This document shows, piece after piece, positions 26,147 through 36,481 of a stretch of DNA of 64,000 nt. Each line of letters opens with the position of its first letter. Within the stretch, counting starts at the first letter, position 1. The position numbers were made by a program, and so were the translations under genes. The notes beneath the pieces were generated by a model that ran no database searches, had not been told where the DNA came from, and saw nothing but the letters and a program-made list of their open reading frames with translations. The stretch covers positions 1 through 64,000 of IMG/VR virus record IMGVR_UViG_3300033148_007030; one strand, 5' to 3'. This stretch comes from a virus.

Positions 26147-28717
26147 TCACACAATACCCTTTTTATAATACCAAGATTCATCTATCTCTGTTGCCTCAAA
26201 ATCGACTGATAATGGAACAATTATCCAATCATGTTCTTTTCTTATCCTCTCACAACTAATATAATTTGTTACCTCAATAACATGTTCCTGCTCTGAAGGA
26301 TCTAAATCATAGATAATCTCATCATGAATCTGTCCCATTATCTTGGTCTTCCAATTCTCTTCTTTTCTGATTTTATTTATTTCAATCAAGGACCAAAGTA
26401 AGCAATGAAAAGCAGTTCCTTGAATAGGGGTATTTACGATCTCCTTTGGTGACAAATATCCTTCTCTTCTAAAACCAAAAGGCATATCAACATACCCTTT
26501 TCTCCGATACCTCCTCTCAGCTTTTTCTTTCCACTCAGCAAATACATTATACTTCTCCCAAAAAGCATCCTCAACTTTCCTTAGGTGTTCTTCAAAATCA
26601 ACGTAACTACTAATACCAACATTTCTAAGATGTCTACGAATAGTTATTTCATCACCTGTTTTCAAATCAATACATTCTTTCCACAAATTTTCAGCGCATT
26701 TTTTATAATATGACCCATAAAACTCAGGAAAAATAAAACCATTCTTTGCATAAAATCGAATATCCTTTGTTACTTTGCTGCTTTCTAATAAAAATATTTC
26801 AACTGCTTGGTCTCTATGCATATCAGTTAACGGGTCAGATACATAGTCTACCAAAACAGGATCTTTTGTGATACAAGCCGCCCCTGCTACTTCTATCCCT
26901 TTATAATCACCACATAAGATTTTATTTCCAGGAGAAGGAATAACACCAGATCTCACCGACTTTTTTGCTTCTTCATCCCGGATGGGAATGTTCTGAAAGT
27001 TCGGTCTGGAGCTACTTGAGCGATAGGTAACAGGGATATGTAGATCAAAGAAAGGATGTATCTTACCATCAACCACCTCTCTTTGAAACTGAGCCAAATA
27101 AGTATCTCTAATCTTCAACAATTTTCTATATTTTAATAAATTCTTTACGAAAGGAATAGTCATCTTTTCAAGAGCTTTCTGATCGACTGACTCCATTTCT
27201 GTTTTTGTTTTCTTAACTGATTTTAACTTCAGGAGTTTGAAAAATAGAAATCGCAAATCCTTAGGTGATCCTAACCCAATTCTTTCTTCTTTCTTCTCAT
27301 AAAAAAGTTTTGCTTCCTCGCTATTATATAATTTCTGCTCTAACTTATTAATCCTTTCCGTTAATCGTTTATGCTCATTCTCATAATATTCTTCATTAAT
27401 CGGAATTCCTTCAGACTGCATCTCACAGAAAACTTTCAATCCTTCGTGAAAGAACGCATAAGCATTGCCTAATTTATTTTTAACCGATAAAGTATTGCTT
27501 AACCTCATCTGCTTAGTCTGAGATACCCACAATCTATATGTCAATAACACATCCATCCCAACATACAAACACAACTTATATAATGGGGCATCTTGAATCT
27601 TATTGAATTCAGTAGAACTAACAAGAAAATGTTTTATCTCACTATCATATTCTCCAACACCCCATCGTACATACGATTGGTATTTTAATCCCGTTGCTCC
27701 ATGTCTTCCATCAAGAACATGGCTCGCTACCATAGTGCACCAAATCCAACCTTCAGGTACCACATTAAAAATAACTCTTGACCAAGAATCTTCAAACTTC
27801 AAATTCTGAGCTATTTTAAATATCCTGGGATCTTTTAAAATCCTTCTCCACTTACCAATGAATTCTCTACTATTCAAAACAGGAAAAGAATAAGCTTCAG
27901 TCTCACTCAATGCCACCCCAATCGTTCTTATAAAATTACCTTCTCTATAAGGTTTCAAACTGCTCGTTTCATAATCAAAAGAAATAATTGGATGGGTGTC
28001 TATAATTCTATCTAACAAATCTATAATCTGATCTTTTTCAGTAAGAATTTTTACATATTTCTCTTCCTCATCAAATACAGGTCTCTCTCTTTTCAAACAA
28101 GAAACAGCCCACTTTAAATCCCTTTCAAAAACACTTCGAAGATTCTTATCTCTAGATTTACGCAATATATAAGAAGGGTGAAACATTGGAATAACCCAAG
28201 CATTTGTTTTTCTATCTGGTATACATCTATGTCTCCATAATGTTATCCCTAAATCTTTAAATCTACTCATATAAAAAGATTCAACGGCTGCTCCACCCAT
28301 CAACCAAATAAACTTTGGTTTGAGCTTCTCAATAGCTTCATCAATTTTAGGTTTACAGCATTTCAATTCTTTCTTAGTAGGTTTTCGATTGTCAGGAGGC
28401 CGGCAATTCACAGCATTTAATTTCCAACAATCATAATCTATATCAACTCCTAACGGATCAAGAGACTCTCTAACCAACCTGCCTGCTTTACCTATTAACT
28501 GAGTTGGTACTTCGTAACCTAAATTTTCCCAATCTTCATCCTCTTCTTTTCCTGGGGCTTCCGCTATAATCAATATCTCCTTATCCCCTGTTCCGGTATA
28601 TTCCATTTTGGGAGATATGCAAGTTTTATAAAGACCACAGGTTTCACAAGGGTCTGACTTATCAACCTTAGATTTCTTGGTTGGCTTGTCTTCTTCAGTA
28701 AAGAAAAAACCTTTCAA
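26147..28717 (-). CDS. Family A DNA polymerase with N-terminal family-4 uracil-DNA-glycosylase domain and 3'-5' exonuclease
   Basis: CxxC, AEAPG.EED, CRPP.NR.P, HPSY; DYET; RSSSSRPNFQNIP, DYKGIE, R..AK...F..FYG, QIHDE. Confidence 0.92.
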   Translation of the reverse strand: MKGFFFTEEDKPTKKSKVDKSDPCETCGLYKTCISPKMEYTGTGDKEILIIAEAPGKEEDEDWENLGYEVPTQLIGKAGRLVRESLDPLGVDIDYDCWKLNAVNCRPPDNRKPTKKELKCCKPKIDEAIEKLKPKFIWLMGGAAVESFYMSRFKDLGITLWRHRCIPDRKTNAWVIPMFHPSYILRKSRDKNLRSVFERDLKWAVSCLKRERPVFDEEEKYVKILTEKDQIIDLLDRIIDTHPIISFDYETSSLKPYREGNFIRTIGVALSETEAYSFPVLNSREFIGKWRRILKDPRIFKIAQNLKFEDSWSRVIFNVVPEGWIWCTMVASHVLDGRHGATGLKYQSYVRWGVGEYDSEIKHFLVSSTEFNKIQDAPLYKLCLYVGMDVLLTYRLWVSQTKQMRLSNTLSVKNKLGNAYAFFHEGLKVFCEMQSEGIPINEEYYENEHKRLTERINKLEQKLYNSEEAKLFYEKKEERIGLGSPKDLRFLFFKLLKLKSVKKTKTEMESVDQKALEKMTIPFVKNLLKYRKLLKIRDTYLAQFQREVVDGKIHPFFDLHIPVTYRSSSSRPNFQNIPIRDEEAKKSVRSGVIPSPGNKILCGDYKGIEVAGAACITKDPVLVDYVSDPLTDMHRDQAVEIFLLESSKVTKDIRFYAKNGFIFPEFYGSYYKKCAENLWKECIDLKTGDEITIRRHLRNVGISSYVDFEEHLRKVEDAFWEKYNVFAEWKEKAERRYRRKGYVDMPFGFRREGYLSPKEIVNTPIQGTAFHCLLWSLIEINKIRKEENWKTKIMGQIHDEIIYDLDPSEQEHVIEVTNYISCERIRKEHDWIIVPLSVDFEATEIDESWYYKKGIV

Positions 28718-28758
28718 AATCTAACTCCTTTACTCAATGCAATTTCTTTTTTCATTCC

Positions 28759-29977
28759 TTAAACCCTCATCGGTATAATTAAACCCAGAAAACCCTCATC
28801 TTGTTCCCCGGTAATCAGGTATGGGCTCGTTTGATCTTTAATATTTAAAAAGATTATATCGCTGTCCATCGTCTGAAGTGCGTCTATGAAATACTTAGGA
28901 TTAAAAACCATCTCTATTGGTTTGCCGTCGTATTTAATTTCTATTTTTTCCTCCACATCACCTAAATCAGGGTTCACAGACGCCATCTCTAAATAATCTG
29001 TTCCCGTCGTTAATTTTACCCCTTGGTATAATTCAGTAGAATTTAGATTACACCTTTTCATGACATCAAGCAGAGACTTTCTATTAACAATTGCTAAATT
29101 AGAATTTTTATCTTCTGGGATTGCCACCATATAATCAGGAAATTTCCCATCAAATAAACGTATCAGCATCAAGGCCGTTCCCTTTTTAATAACAAGATTG
29201 TCATTACCTAATCCCCAAAGAAACGATGGCTTTTTTATTCTGCAACAACCCAAATCCTTTAGATTGATTCTTTTTCTGTTTGCCATCCTTTAATAAAATC
29301 TTATTTAATTCCATCAATCCCTTTTTAGGAATCAATATGCCCTTTTCCAACACCAAACCTTTATTATTAAAAATCTTTTTATCAACCAATGAGAGCCTAT
29401 GGCCGTCTGTAGCAATCATTCTTAAAAAATCCTCTTTGTCTTTATTTACTATTTCCATAAGGATATTTTGTAGGTTTTTCCACCCCCCTTCTGTGGAAAC
29501 AAAAGGGGATGTCTTCCTAATCATCTCGGACAATATTGATTCATCCATTTCCACCATTTTCATATCTTTAGATTCTGGGGGAATAGGAAAATCATCAGCA
29601 AGATAACCTGCAAACTTAAACTTACTAGAACCGCCAGAGATTTCTACCCAATTAGTTTCTTTTTCACTTACCTTGATTATAGGGGAAGACAATTCTCGAA
29701 CAAAATTAAATAGAGTTTGAATTGGTATTGCTATACTTCCAGATTCCATTATTCTTGCAGGAAGGAAATCTTGAAACCATATCTCCAAATCAGTAGTAAT
29801 TACTTCAATCCCATTTTCCTTTGCTGTAAAAAGGGCTGATGTCAATATAGGAATATAGCTTTTTCTATTTACTATACCTTTTACAGTAGAAAGAAATTTC
29901 AAAAGAATCTTTCTATCAATTTCTATATTCATTAAACTTTCTTTTTTTACCTTTTCCTCTTTTACTTCTTCAGTCAT
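28759..29977 (-). CDS. dnaN: DNA polymerase III beta clamp (host-like), frameshifted by one extra G at ~29213-29216
   Basis: ATDGHRL, IPKKGL.EL, RL.DGKFPDY, FNPKYFIDAL, IIPMRV; two ORFs join at TTGGGG. Confidence 0.85.
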
Positions 29978-29999
29978 AATCTATATGCCCTCCCTTTCC

Positions 30000-31010
30000 T
30001 TAATCTATAGGCAATGCTAATACATGTTTAAAATTACCAGATTTAAACAAAGCTTTCCCCTTTGTCAAACGTGCTGAAGTTATATTATTAAGAATCTCAG
30101 AAAAGAAAATTGGATTTATATTAAAAGTAATAGGTTTTCTTTTAAATTTAATTGGCACCTTTTTCTTTACCCAACCATGTTTACTTTCCCCTGTGCAAAG
30201 AATAGCATCTTCCTGAAAAGATACAGTTATCTTTTTATCAATATGTTCCCCCGCAGCAAAAAAAGTAACAGCCTCTACCGCACCTTTAAGCTCTTTTGGC
30301 ATCCTCAAACGGGAACCTCCCTCCAATTCAAAATAAGGGTCACAATCAGGGTATGTTTCTTTTACCACCCGTGAACTAAAAATAACATTATCAGATGTCT
30401 TAAAATGAACCCATGAATCAATAAGACAATATTCCTTAATATCAAATTTAGTAAGCTCTTTTGCAGAACTAAGAGGGAAAAGAATAGAAGTATTAATCCC
30501 TTCAAGTTCGTACATACTTATCCTATAATTATCAGAAGAAAGAATTTTCCCATTCCCTATATAAACACAAGTTAAAACACCTTGAGAAATATCTTTAGAT
30601 GCTGAAAAAATGCACAAAGAAATAGCCTTAACAAACTCCTCAGGAAGTATTTTCCATTTCATTTTTACATCGATAATGGAGCCTATCGACTTTAAAATAT
30701 CAGATTCCTCAAAGAATATATTCAATTTAGCTTTTGTTTTATTTGTTTTTAAAAATAAAGATTCACCATCTAGATTAATATCTATTGATTCTTCTTCTAT
30801 CCCTTTAAGTATCCTATAAAATTCATCCGCTGGAATAGCACAGGCAAAATCAGTAACAAATGGATACCTTATACAGAGTTGCTCATTATAAGTTACAATA
30901 TCATTGCCTGTAAAAATGAACCCTGGTATTTGTTCTTGCAAATTTTTCTTTCCAATTGCCGGGATAACAGCCTCAAGTGCCTCAATAAGTTTATCTTTGT
31001 TTATTTTCAT
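30000..31010 (-). CDS. Second, diverged sliding-clamp-like protein
   Basis: AISLCIFSASKD...LTCVYI, SSDNYRI, YPD, INPIFF, LALP. Confidence 0.7.
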   Translation of the reverse strand: MKINKDKLIEALEAVIPAIGKKNLQEQIPGFIFTGNDIVTYNEQLCIRYPFVTDFACAIPADEFYRILKGIEEESIDINLDGESLFLKTNKTKAKLNIFFEESDILKSIGSIIDVKMKWKILPEEFVKAISLCIFSASKDISQGVLTCVYIGNGKILSSDNYRISMYELEGINTSILFPLSSAKELTKFDIKEYCLIDSWVHFKTSDNVIFSSRVVKETYPDCDPYFELEGGSRLRMPKELKGAVEAVTFFAAGEHIDKKITVSFQEDAILCTGESKHGWVKKKVPIKFKRKPITFNINPIFFSEILNNITSARLTKGKALFKSGNFKHVLALPID

Positions 31011-31044
31011 AAATTTAATCTCCCATTATTATATATATAAAAAA

Positions 31045-31941
31045 CTACTCTCCCCATCTCTCTTCTCTACCATCCCTTAAACCAGGAACTAATCCAAACC
31101 CTTTTGGCTTTTCTTTTCTATGATCATAACTCTTAAATGACACGCCAAAAATATTTGCACTTCCCCTCCAATATCTACTAAATCTTTTCAACTCATAATC
31201 AGTCCATCCTTTATCTTTTGCAACAAATATATCTTTTTCCAAACAATCAAGAGACTGAAATCGCATCGCATAAACATCAATCTGCAAAGATCTGAGTAGA
31301 GTTACCCTGTATAATGCTTCTTTTGGTGTTTCTTTAAAACCACAAAGAACGTAACACCCTATATCATTCAATCCTTTTTTTCTTGCCAAATTGATCGCAT
31401 CAACAACATACTTTTCATCCGATAACTTATCAAAGGCAAACCTAACTTTTACATGCTTTAATTCAGATAGTCTATCGGCTATCCTTGGTGTAAGAAGTTT
31501 TGCTTCAAGCCCTTGATTAAAATCCACATAGGAAAATACTTTCAACTTATCTATAACATTATCAAAATGCTTTCTACTGGAGGCAAGAAAATTATTATCA
31601 CAAACAATCGGACGAGGTATAAAATCAGAGAGTTCTCTAAAAGCTCCTTCAATTTTAGGGACTGCACAAAATGAACATTTATTTATGCATCCTCTTGTTG
31701 TAAATGTAGCAAAAGGATTATGATAAATGACAGGTTCAAAAGGATATGCATTGTCTTTAACTTCTGCAATCCCTTCAAATTTATCTCTTAATAGCATAGC
31801 CCCTGGCCCACCTACTATTACTTTCTTTTTACTTTCTTTAATCATGTAAAGAGCTTCATTGACAAGCCAAGTAAAAGGCACTGATAAATATAACCTATTA
31901 TCAGCTTGCCATGAAGCTATTCCTTTTTTCCATTGTTTCAT
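31045..31941 (-). CDS. Radical SAM protein
   Basis: TTRGCINKCSFC (CxxxCxxC), DNNFLA, DFNQGL. Confidence 0.88.
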   Translation of the reverse strand: MKQWKKGIASWQADNRLYLSVPFTWLVNEALYMIKESKKKVIVGGPGAMLLRDKFEGIAEVKDNAYPFEPVIYHNPFATFTTRGCINKCSFCAVPKIEGAFRELSDFIPRPIVCDNNFLASSRKHFDNVIDKLKVFSYVDFNQGLEAKLLTPRIADRLSELKHVKVRFAFDKLSDEKYVVDAINLARKKGLNDIGCYVLCGFKETPKEALYRVTLLRSLQIDVYAMRFQSLDCLEKDIFVAKDKGWTDYELKRFSRYWRGSANIFGVSFKSYDHRKEKPKGFGLVPGLRDGREERWGE

Positions 31942-31947
31942 CTTATC

Positions 31948-32685
31948 TCACTTCACAAGAGTATAAATACCTTCTTTATCAACCCTTACAACTTTCAAGA
32001 TCAATAAGGAAGGAAGAACATAACCTAACAAAGCCTTAGCAACTTGAGGATTATCTGAACCTCCATTTTTAATATAAAGCTTATTAGCCTGTTTTATAAG
32101 TTCCTTTTTATTACCACCTTTGCTAAAAGAAGCAATCAGGGCATCAGATCGGGTATACTTTGTTGTTTTCTCTTCTTTCTTTATTAATTTCTCAGGTTCC
32201 TTTTCTGTTTTCTTTTTTTCCTTTTTTTTACCTTTTGGTTTTTCCACCTTTTTCTGTTTTTCTACTTCCTCATCAACTTCACTTTCCTCTTCCATTACCT
32301 CTTCCTCCTCAACTACCTCTTCTTCAACCTCTTCTACCTCCTCTGCCCCCTCTTCAACTTCTATTTCTTCAACCTCTTCTACCTCCTCTTTCCCTTCAAC
32401 CTCTTCTACCTCCTCTTTCCCTTCAACCTCTTCTTCCTCTACTTCCTCCTCAACTTCCTCCGACGCTTCATCAGAAATAAGATCATTGTACATCAAAATA
32501 ACCTTTTCTGGAAGTTTGGTGGCTTTATCTTCATCCAGGGATTCCACGGCCTCAACTAATTCATCCATCATGTCATCTGTGGTTTTACCTTTTATGACAA
32601 CAGCTTTCTCTACTAATTTAGCTCCATTCAAAGAAGCAATTGCCTCCCTCAATTTTTTTACATCTACATCGTTTGCATCTTTCAT
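31948..32685 (-). CDS. Protein with Glu/Val-rich acidic repeat and Lys-rich segment
   Basis: EEVEGKEEV tandem repeats. Confidence 0.7.
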   Translation of the reverse strand: MKDANDVDVKKLREAIASLNGAKLVEKAVVIKGKTTDDMMDELVEAVESLDEDKATKLPEKVILMYNDLISDEASEEVEEEVEEEEVEGKEEVEEVEGKEEVEEVEEIEVEEGAEEVEEVEEEVVEEEEVMEEESEVDEEVEKQKKVEKPKGKKKEKKKTEKEPEKLIKKEEKTTKYTRSDALIASFSKGGNKKELIKQANKLYIKNGGSDNPQVAKALLGYVLPSLLILKVVRVDKEGIYTLVK

Positions 32686-32715
32686 TTTCTATACTCTCCT
32701 TTTAAAATTAATGTT

Positions 32716-33366
32716 TTACTTTTCTTCTACTAAATTCAAAACCTTATGTAATTGTACGTTTAAAATAGCATCATACGCCTCCTCTCTCATTAGCCAGTTA
32801 ATTAATGTATTTGCATCCATAACACCATGCATCGGTGAGAATGCGAACTTTGCCTGATAAGACTCTTTACTTTGCAAAATCTTTTTTATTGCTATAGCTT
32901 CATTAAAATCTTCCCTATCCTGAATTACAAACTTAATAAAATCAGTTGATTTGAGTCCTTCAAATATATCTATATTCATTTTATGAGATTCTCCAGAACT
33001 AGGTAACTTCCAATCTACCACCCAACTTCCAACACCATACCCATATAAAGGAAATGAGCCGTTCGTTTCAATAGATATTTCATAAGCATCTTTCCACAAT
33101 AATCTTGTTAATTCGAATAATGCGTCTTGTTGCAATAGGGGCTCTCCTCCGGTAATTGTAATCTTTCTGATTCCTATTGTTTTTACCTTTTCCATAACTT
33201 CAGCAGGAGTCATTTCTGTCCCTGAATTTATATCTAACGCATACTTGGTGTCGCAGTAGGAGCACCGACAATTACAACCAGAAAATCTTATGAATGTAGT
33301 TAATCTACCTTGGTGGTATAAATCAACTTCTCCTGATATTGATGGGAAAATGCTGTATATTTTCAT
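32716..33366 (-). CDS. queE: 7-carboxy-7-deazaguanine synthase
   Basis: IFPSISGE, FIRFSGCNCRCSYCDT, TGGEPLLQ, IETNG, QLHK. Confidence 0.9.
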   Translation of the reverse strand: MKIYSIFPSISGEVDLYHQGRLTTFIRFSGCNCRCSYCDTKYALDINSGTEMTPAEVMEKVKTIGIRKITITGGEPLLQQDALFELTRLLWKDAYEISIETNGSFPLYGYGVGSWVVDWKLPSSGESHKMNIDIFEGLKSTDFIKFVIQDREDFNEAIAIKKILQSKESYQAKFAFSPMHGVMDANTLINWLMREEAYDAILNVQLHKVLNLVEEK

Positions 33367-33483
33367 GGTTTTCTACTCCTCCACCTATTCCAACCCACAT
33401 ACGATAAATCAATGAATACATAACCACCAATCCAAATCAAAAAGAAACAACACCAAGACAATGAATCTAACCAATTCAATAAA

Positions 33484-33852
33484 TTAATCATCTTTCCTCC
33501 ATTCTGCATAAGAAGTAGAAGTTTCATATACTCTAATTCTAACAAGACCGCCACCAAAGAAGTCTATTAAGCTATCTCTAATCCATAAAGCCATATTCTC
33601 CGCTGTTGGTATAGGAATTACATCATTCAAATAAGTATGATCAAGTTTATCAATCACTTCTTTGTTAACTATGCCCTTCAAGTCACCAAAGTCCAAAATC
33701 ATTCCATCATAATCGCTCATAAAATCAAGTGGCGACTCAGTTATTTCAATTTCAAGTTGGCAATTATGGCCATGGGTGTTTTTACATTTTCCTTTGTGGT
33801 TTGGTAAAGAATGAGCGTATGCAAATTCAAATATTTTAGTTATTGATAACAT
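33484..33852 (-). CDS. queD: 6-carboxytetrahydropterin synthase
   Basis: FAYAHSL, C..THGHN, DFGDLK, LDH.YLND, PTAEN, YET. Confidence 0.92.
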   Translation of the reverse strand: MLSITKIFEFAYAHSLPNHKGKCKNTHGHNCQLEIEITESPLDFMSDYDGMILDFGDLKGIVNKEVIDKLDHTYLNDVIPIPTAENMALWIRDSLIDFFGGGLVRIRVYETSTSYAEWRKDD

Positions 33853-33874
33853 TAGTTAGTCCTTTTTTTAAATG

Positions 33875-34038
33875 TGCTGGCAGGCAGGAATCGAACCTGC
33901 AAGTGCACGATATTTAAACACGCCCATACGGGTCGTCAACTTGCGACGCCACATGGTAAGGATTCCAGTACCAGGATCTTTCGGCATAAGCCTACTCCCC
34001 ATCGCCCGATGCGACTTACCAATTCCGCCACTGCCGGC
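33875..34038 (-). ncRNA. tRNA-like element 3 (longest cargo)
   Basis: GCCGGCAG-TG-GCGGAATTGGTAAGTCGC ... GCAGGTTCGATTCCTGC-CTGCCAGC-A; 164 nt. Confidence 0.7.
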
Positions 34039-34045
34039 ATTTATA

Positions 34046-34802
34046 CTATCGATCGTAAATCTTCTGACCAATTCTTGACCTAATCGATCCAAAAGTTCTA
34101 TGATGCCTTCTTGCTATAGCTTGTATAAGTTGAGCCCATTCTTCTCCAAGAGAAATATCCTCCTTAGAAGTCCATCCTTGTCCAGCATTATCTGTAGGCC
34201 AGTTATGAGGCCTAGTATAACTACTCTCTTTCACTGCTTTATTAATTCCCTCCTCAATCATCGTTTTAGCAACATCAGCAGTTACAAATTGATAATCGTA
34301 CAAAACATCCCTTACTATTGCTTTAATAACCCCTGCCAGATTTTCACCTCTTCTCTGCAATTCCTCATCCATCTTCTTCCTCCTCTCGTTAAAAGTCATT
34401 AACCTACTCCTCCTTCAATCCTGTATAACCCTCATAAATCGAATGATACTCAGGGTTTCCTCTAACAACATCCCCAAACCTATTTGTAAAACCAAATCCA
34501 GGCAATAAAGATAACTTTTCAAAAGACAATTGATTGTTAAAAATCCAACCTAAAATCACCACTTTGCTTTTCTCATTTACACTCGAATTGAAATACTTCA
34601 CCAAGTTTGAAAAACGAGCAGATACCCCAGTCTTGTAAAAAGTCTCCTGTACCATCCCGAAAAGATCTTCAACTAATTTCACCAAAGCTTCTCTTGACCA
34701 CAAACCAATGTCCTCCATAAATATTCCTAATAAATACGAGAACAATGCTTCTGACTTCAACTTCTTACTATTCTTTTCTACGAGATCTAAATTAATTTGC
34801 AT
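34046..34802 (-). CDS. Two hypothetical proteins (34046-34372, 34404-34802)
   Basis: ORFs with SDs; first has a W..EED....A..H.RT.GSI.SR HTH-like motif. Confidence 0.6.
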
Positions 34803-34843
34803 CTTCTCCTCCTTCTTTGTGGTTTCTATTTTTTATTATCTTG

Positions 34844-34880
34844 AGTATATAATAAAAAAAGGCTGAGTTTTACAACTAAA
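34844..34880 (-). promoter_or_regulatory. Putative promoter motif, copy 1
   Basis: TTTAGTTGTAAAACT...TTTTTT-TATTATATACT, repeated at 54513-54549. Confidence 0.45.
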
Positions 34881-34906
34881 TTTAATTTTTTTTGAGTTAA
34901 TTATAA

Positions 34907-36481
34907 CTACTTGGAATCATTAGAATCTTTCTTTGGTTCCTTGTTTATTATCAATTCACTATCTAAATTAGGTTGTCCTAATGAAAGTTGTTGAAGCACC
35001 ACTACCTGCTTGCTTTCATCAAAATCTTTATCTCTGTGAGCAGCTAATCCAATCCTCATAACTCCCCGTCTTTTCTCCTCTGCTGTTTGACTTAAAGGAA
35101 TCATAACATCCACATGAGCCATCTTCCTAATATCCTCCGCTACATCAGTAGACCTCACATTTTTCTTATCTGCCGAACCTCTTGTAGATTGACTTGCAGT
35201 GGCCAAAAGACAATGTCTCTCTTCAGTCATACCTCCAAGAGTTTTCCAAGTATCATCAATTCTATCCCTTCTTTCTACTAACCTGGAATCTTCTGGAGCG
35301 AGGATGTCAGCATAATCAATAACAATCACATCAGGAATAAAATTATCTGTATATTCCAATAAATCTAAATCTCTTTTTATATCTCCTGTATTGGCAGAAA
35401 ATCTTGGGTAGGATATAACTCTCAAATTATCCCCATACATAGTTTTAAAACCTTCCAACGTTTTGATAGTACCCCGAACAGAAGCTCTTCTCTTTGAATA
35501 CAACTCAAACCAAGTAGCAGATTTATAAAGCTCAGGTATTTTTCCTCGGCAATAAGTACAAGGTTTGTACTTCATTCCTGCTTTGAAGGGGGGACTCTTG
35601 CCTTCACTATCAAAAAGAGGAACCGATCCTACTCGATTACGACTTGTGCAAGAACCATTTTGATTACTAAAACAATCAAAACATGGAAATATAAAACTAC
35701 CACTTGTATCACCTTTACCTGTTATCTCTTTATACATCCTTCTTATTACTCTTTTGTACCCCATTTCAAGTGAAATAAAAACAACCTTCCATCTAGATAA
35801 CAGGGCCTGAATTGCTAACTCCTGCAACCACCACGTCTTCCCGCGCTTGAACGGCGCTAGGAAAGATACAAACCACCCTCTGTCAAAGTCTCCTACCAAC
35901 TCTCCTAATTTACCAGGAAACTTCACTAAATGATCTCCTTCTTCATCAAATATCTTACGAACAATTTTTGGAGAAAAAGGATTGACCCAAGAAGAAGTCA
36001 CTTTGGCTACCTTACGATAACTCTGCATCTGCTCTTCTGCTTTATCTACTTTTCCAGCATCAAGTAATGTCTTGATATTTTCCGAAACTGCTCTCAGGGC
36101 TCTTTTATTAAGATATTCCAAGGAGCTGTCAAGAACATACTCAACATTGAATTTCTCAGTTTCTTCATAGTTCTTGGATAGGTTTGTTAGGAAAGTTTCT
36201 ATTACATCTGCTTCTGCTTTATCAATGTCAGATCTCTCGGCTTTAAATATATCCTGAATATGTTTTCCAGGAGAAGTACCATAGGTTTTGTAATAATCTT
36301 TTATCCACGTGATTATTCTTTTACCATACGAAATCTGAAAATATGCTTGATCTAAAATTGGGAAAACATCTTTGCAAAACTTTGTGGAAACTATTAATGC
36401 AGTTATTATTTTTAACTCAATTTCTGTATCTGCTGGGTGTCTTCTGAAATTAGACATTATTTTCCTTTCTAATGAATTCAC
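34907..36481 (-). CDS. dnaB: DnaB-family replicative helicase with Cys-rich insertion
   Basis: APFKRGKT, FISLEM, VIDYAD, TASQ, AEDIRK; insert CFDC...C...CTYC. Confidence 0.85.
   Translation of the reverse strand: MNSLERKIMSNFRRHPADTEIELKIITALIVSTKFCKDVFPILDQAYFQISYGKRIITWIKDYYKTYGTSPGKHIQDIFKAERSDIDKAEADVIETFLTNLSKNYEETEKFNVEYVLDSSLEYLNKRALRAVSENIKTLLDAGKVDKAEEQMQSYRKVAKVTSSWVNPFSPKIVRKIFDEEGDHLVKFPGKLGELVGDFDRGWFVSFLAPFKRGKTWWLQELAIQALLSRWKVVFISLEMGYKRVIRRMYKEITGKGDTSGSFIFPCFDCFSNQNGSCTSRNRVGSVPLFDSEGKSPPFKAGMKYKPCTYCRGKIPELYKSATWFELYSKRRASVRGTIKTLEGFKTMYGDNLRVISYPRFSANTGDIKRDLDLLEYTDNFIPDVIVIDYADILAPEDSRLVERRDRIDDTWKTLGGMTEERHCLLATASQSTRGSADKKNVRSTDVAEDIRKMAHVDVMIPLSQTAEEKRRGVMRIGLAAHRDKDFDESKQVVVLQQLSLGQPNLDSELIINKEPKKDSNDSK

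Noticed and set aside
29204-29286. Programmed ribosomal frameshift in dnaN or tape measure
   Set aside because: No X-XXY-YYZ slippery site with downstream structure; a homopolymer indel or small deletion is simpler
32120-32857. Long Ser/Thr-rich and Leu/Pro-rich plus-strand ORFs
   Set aside because: Antisense shadows of the Glu/Val-rich minus-strand gene; the same applies to the other plus-strand ORFs in the track
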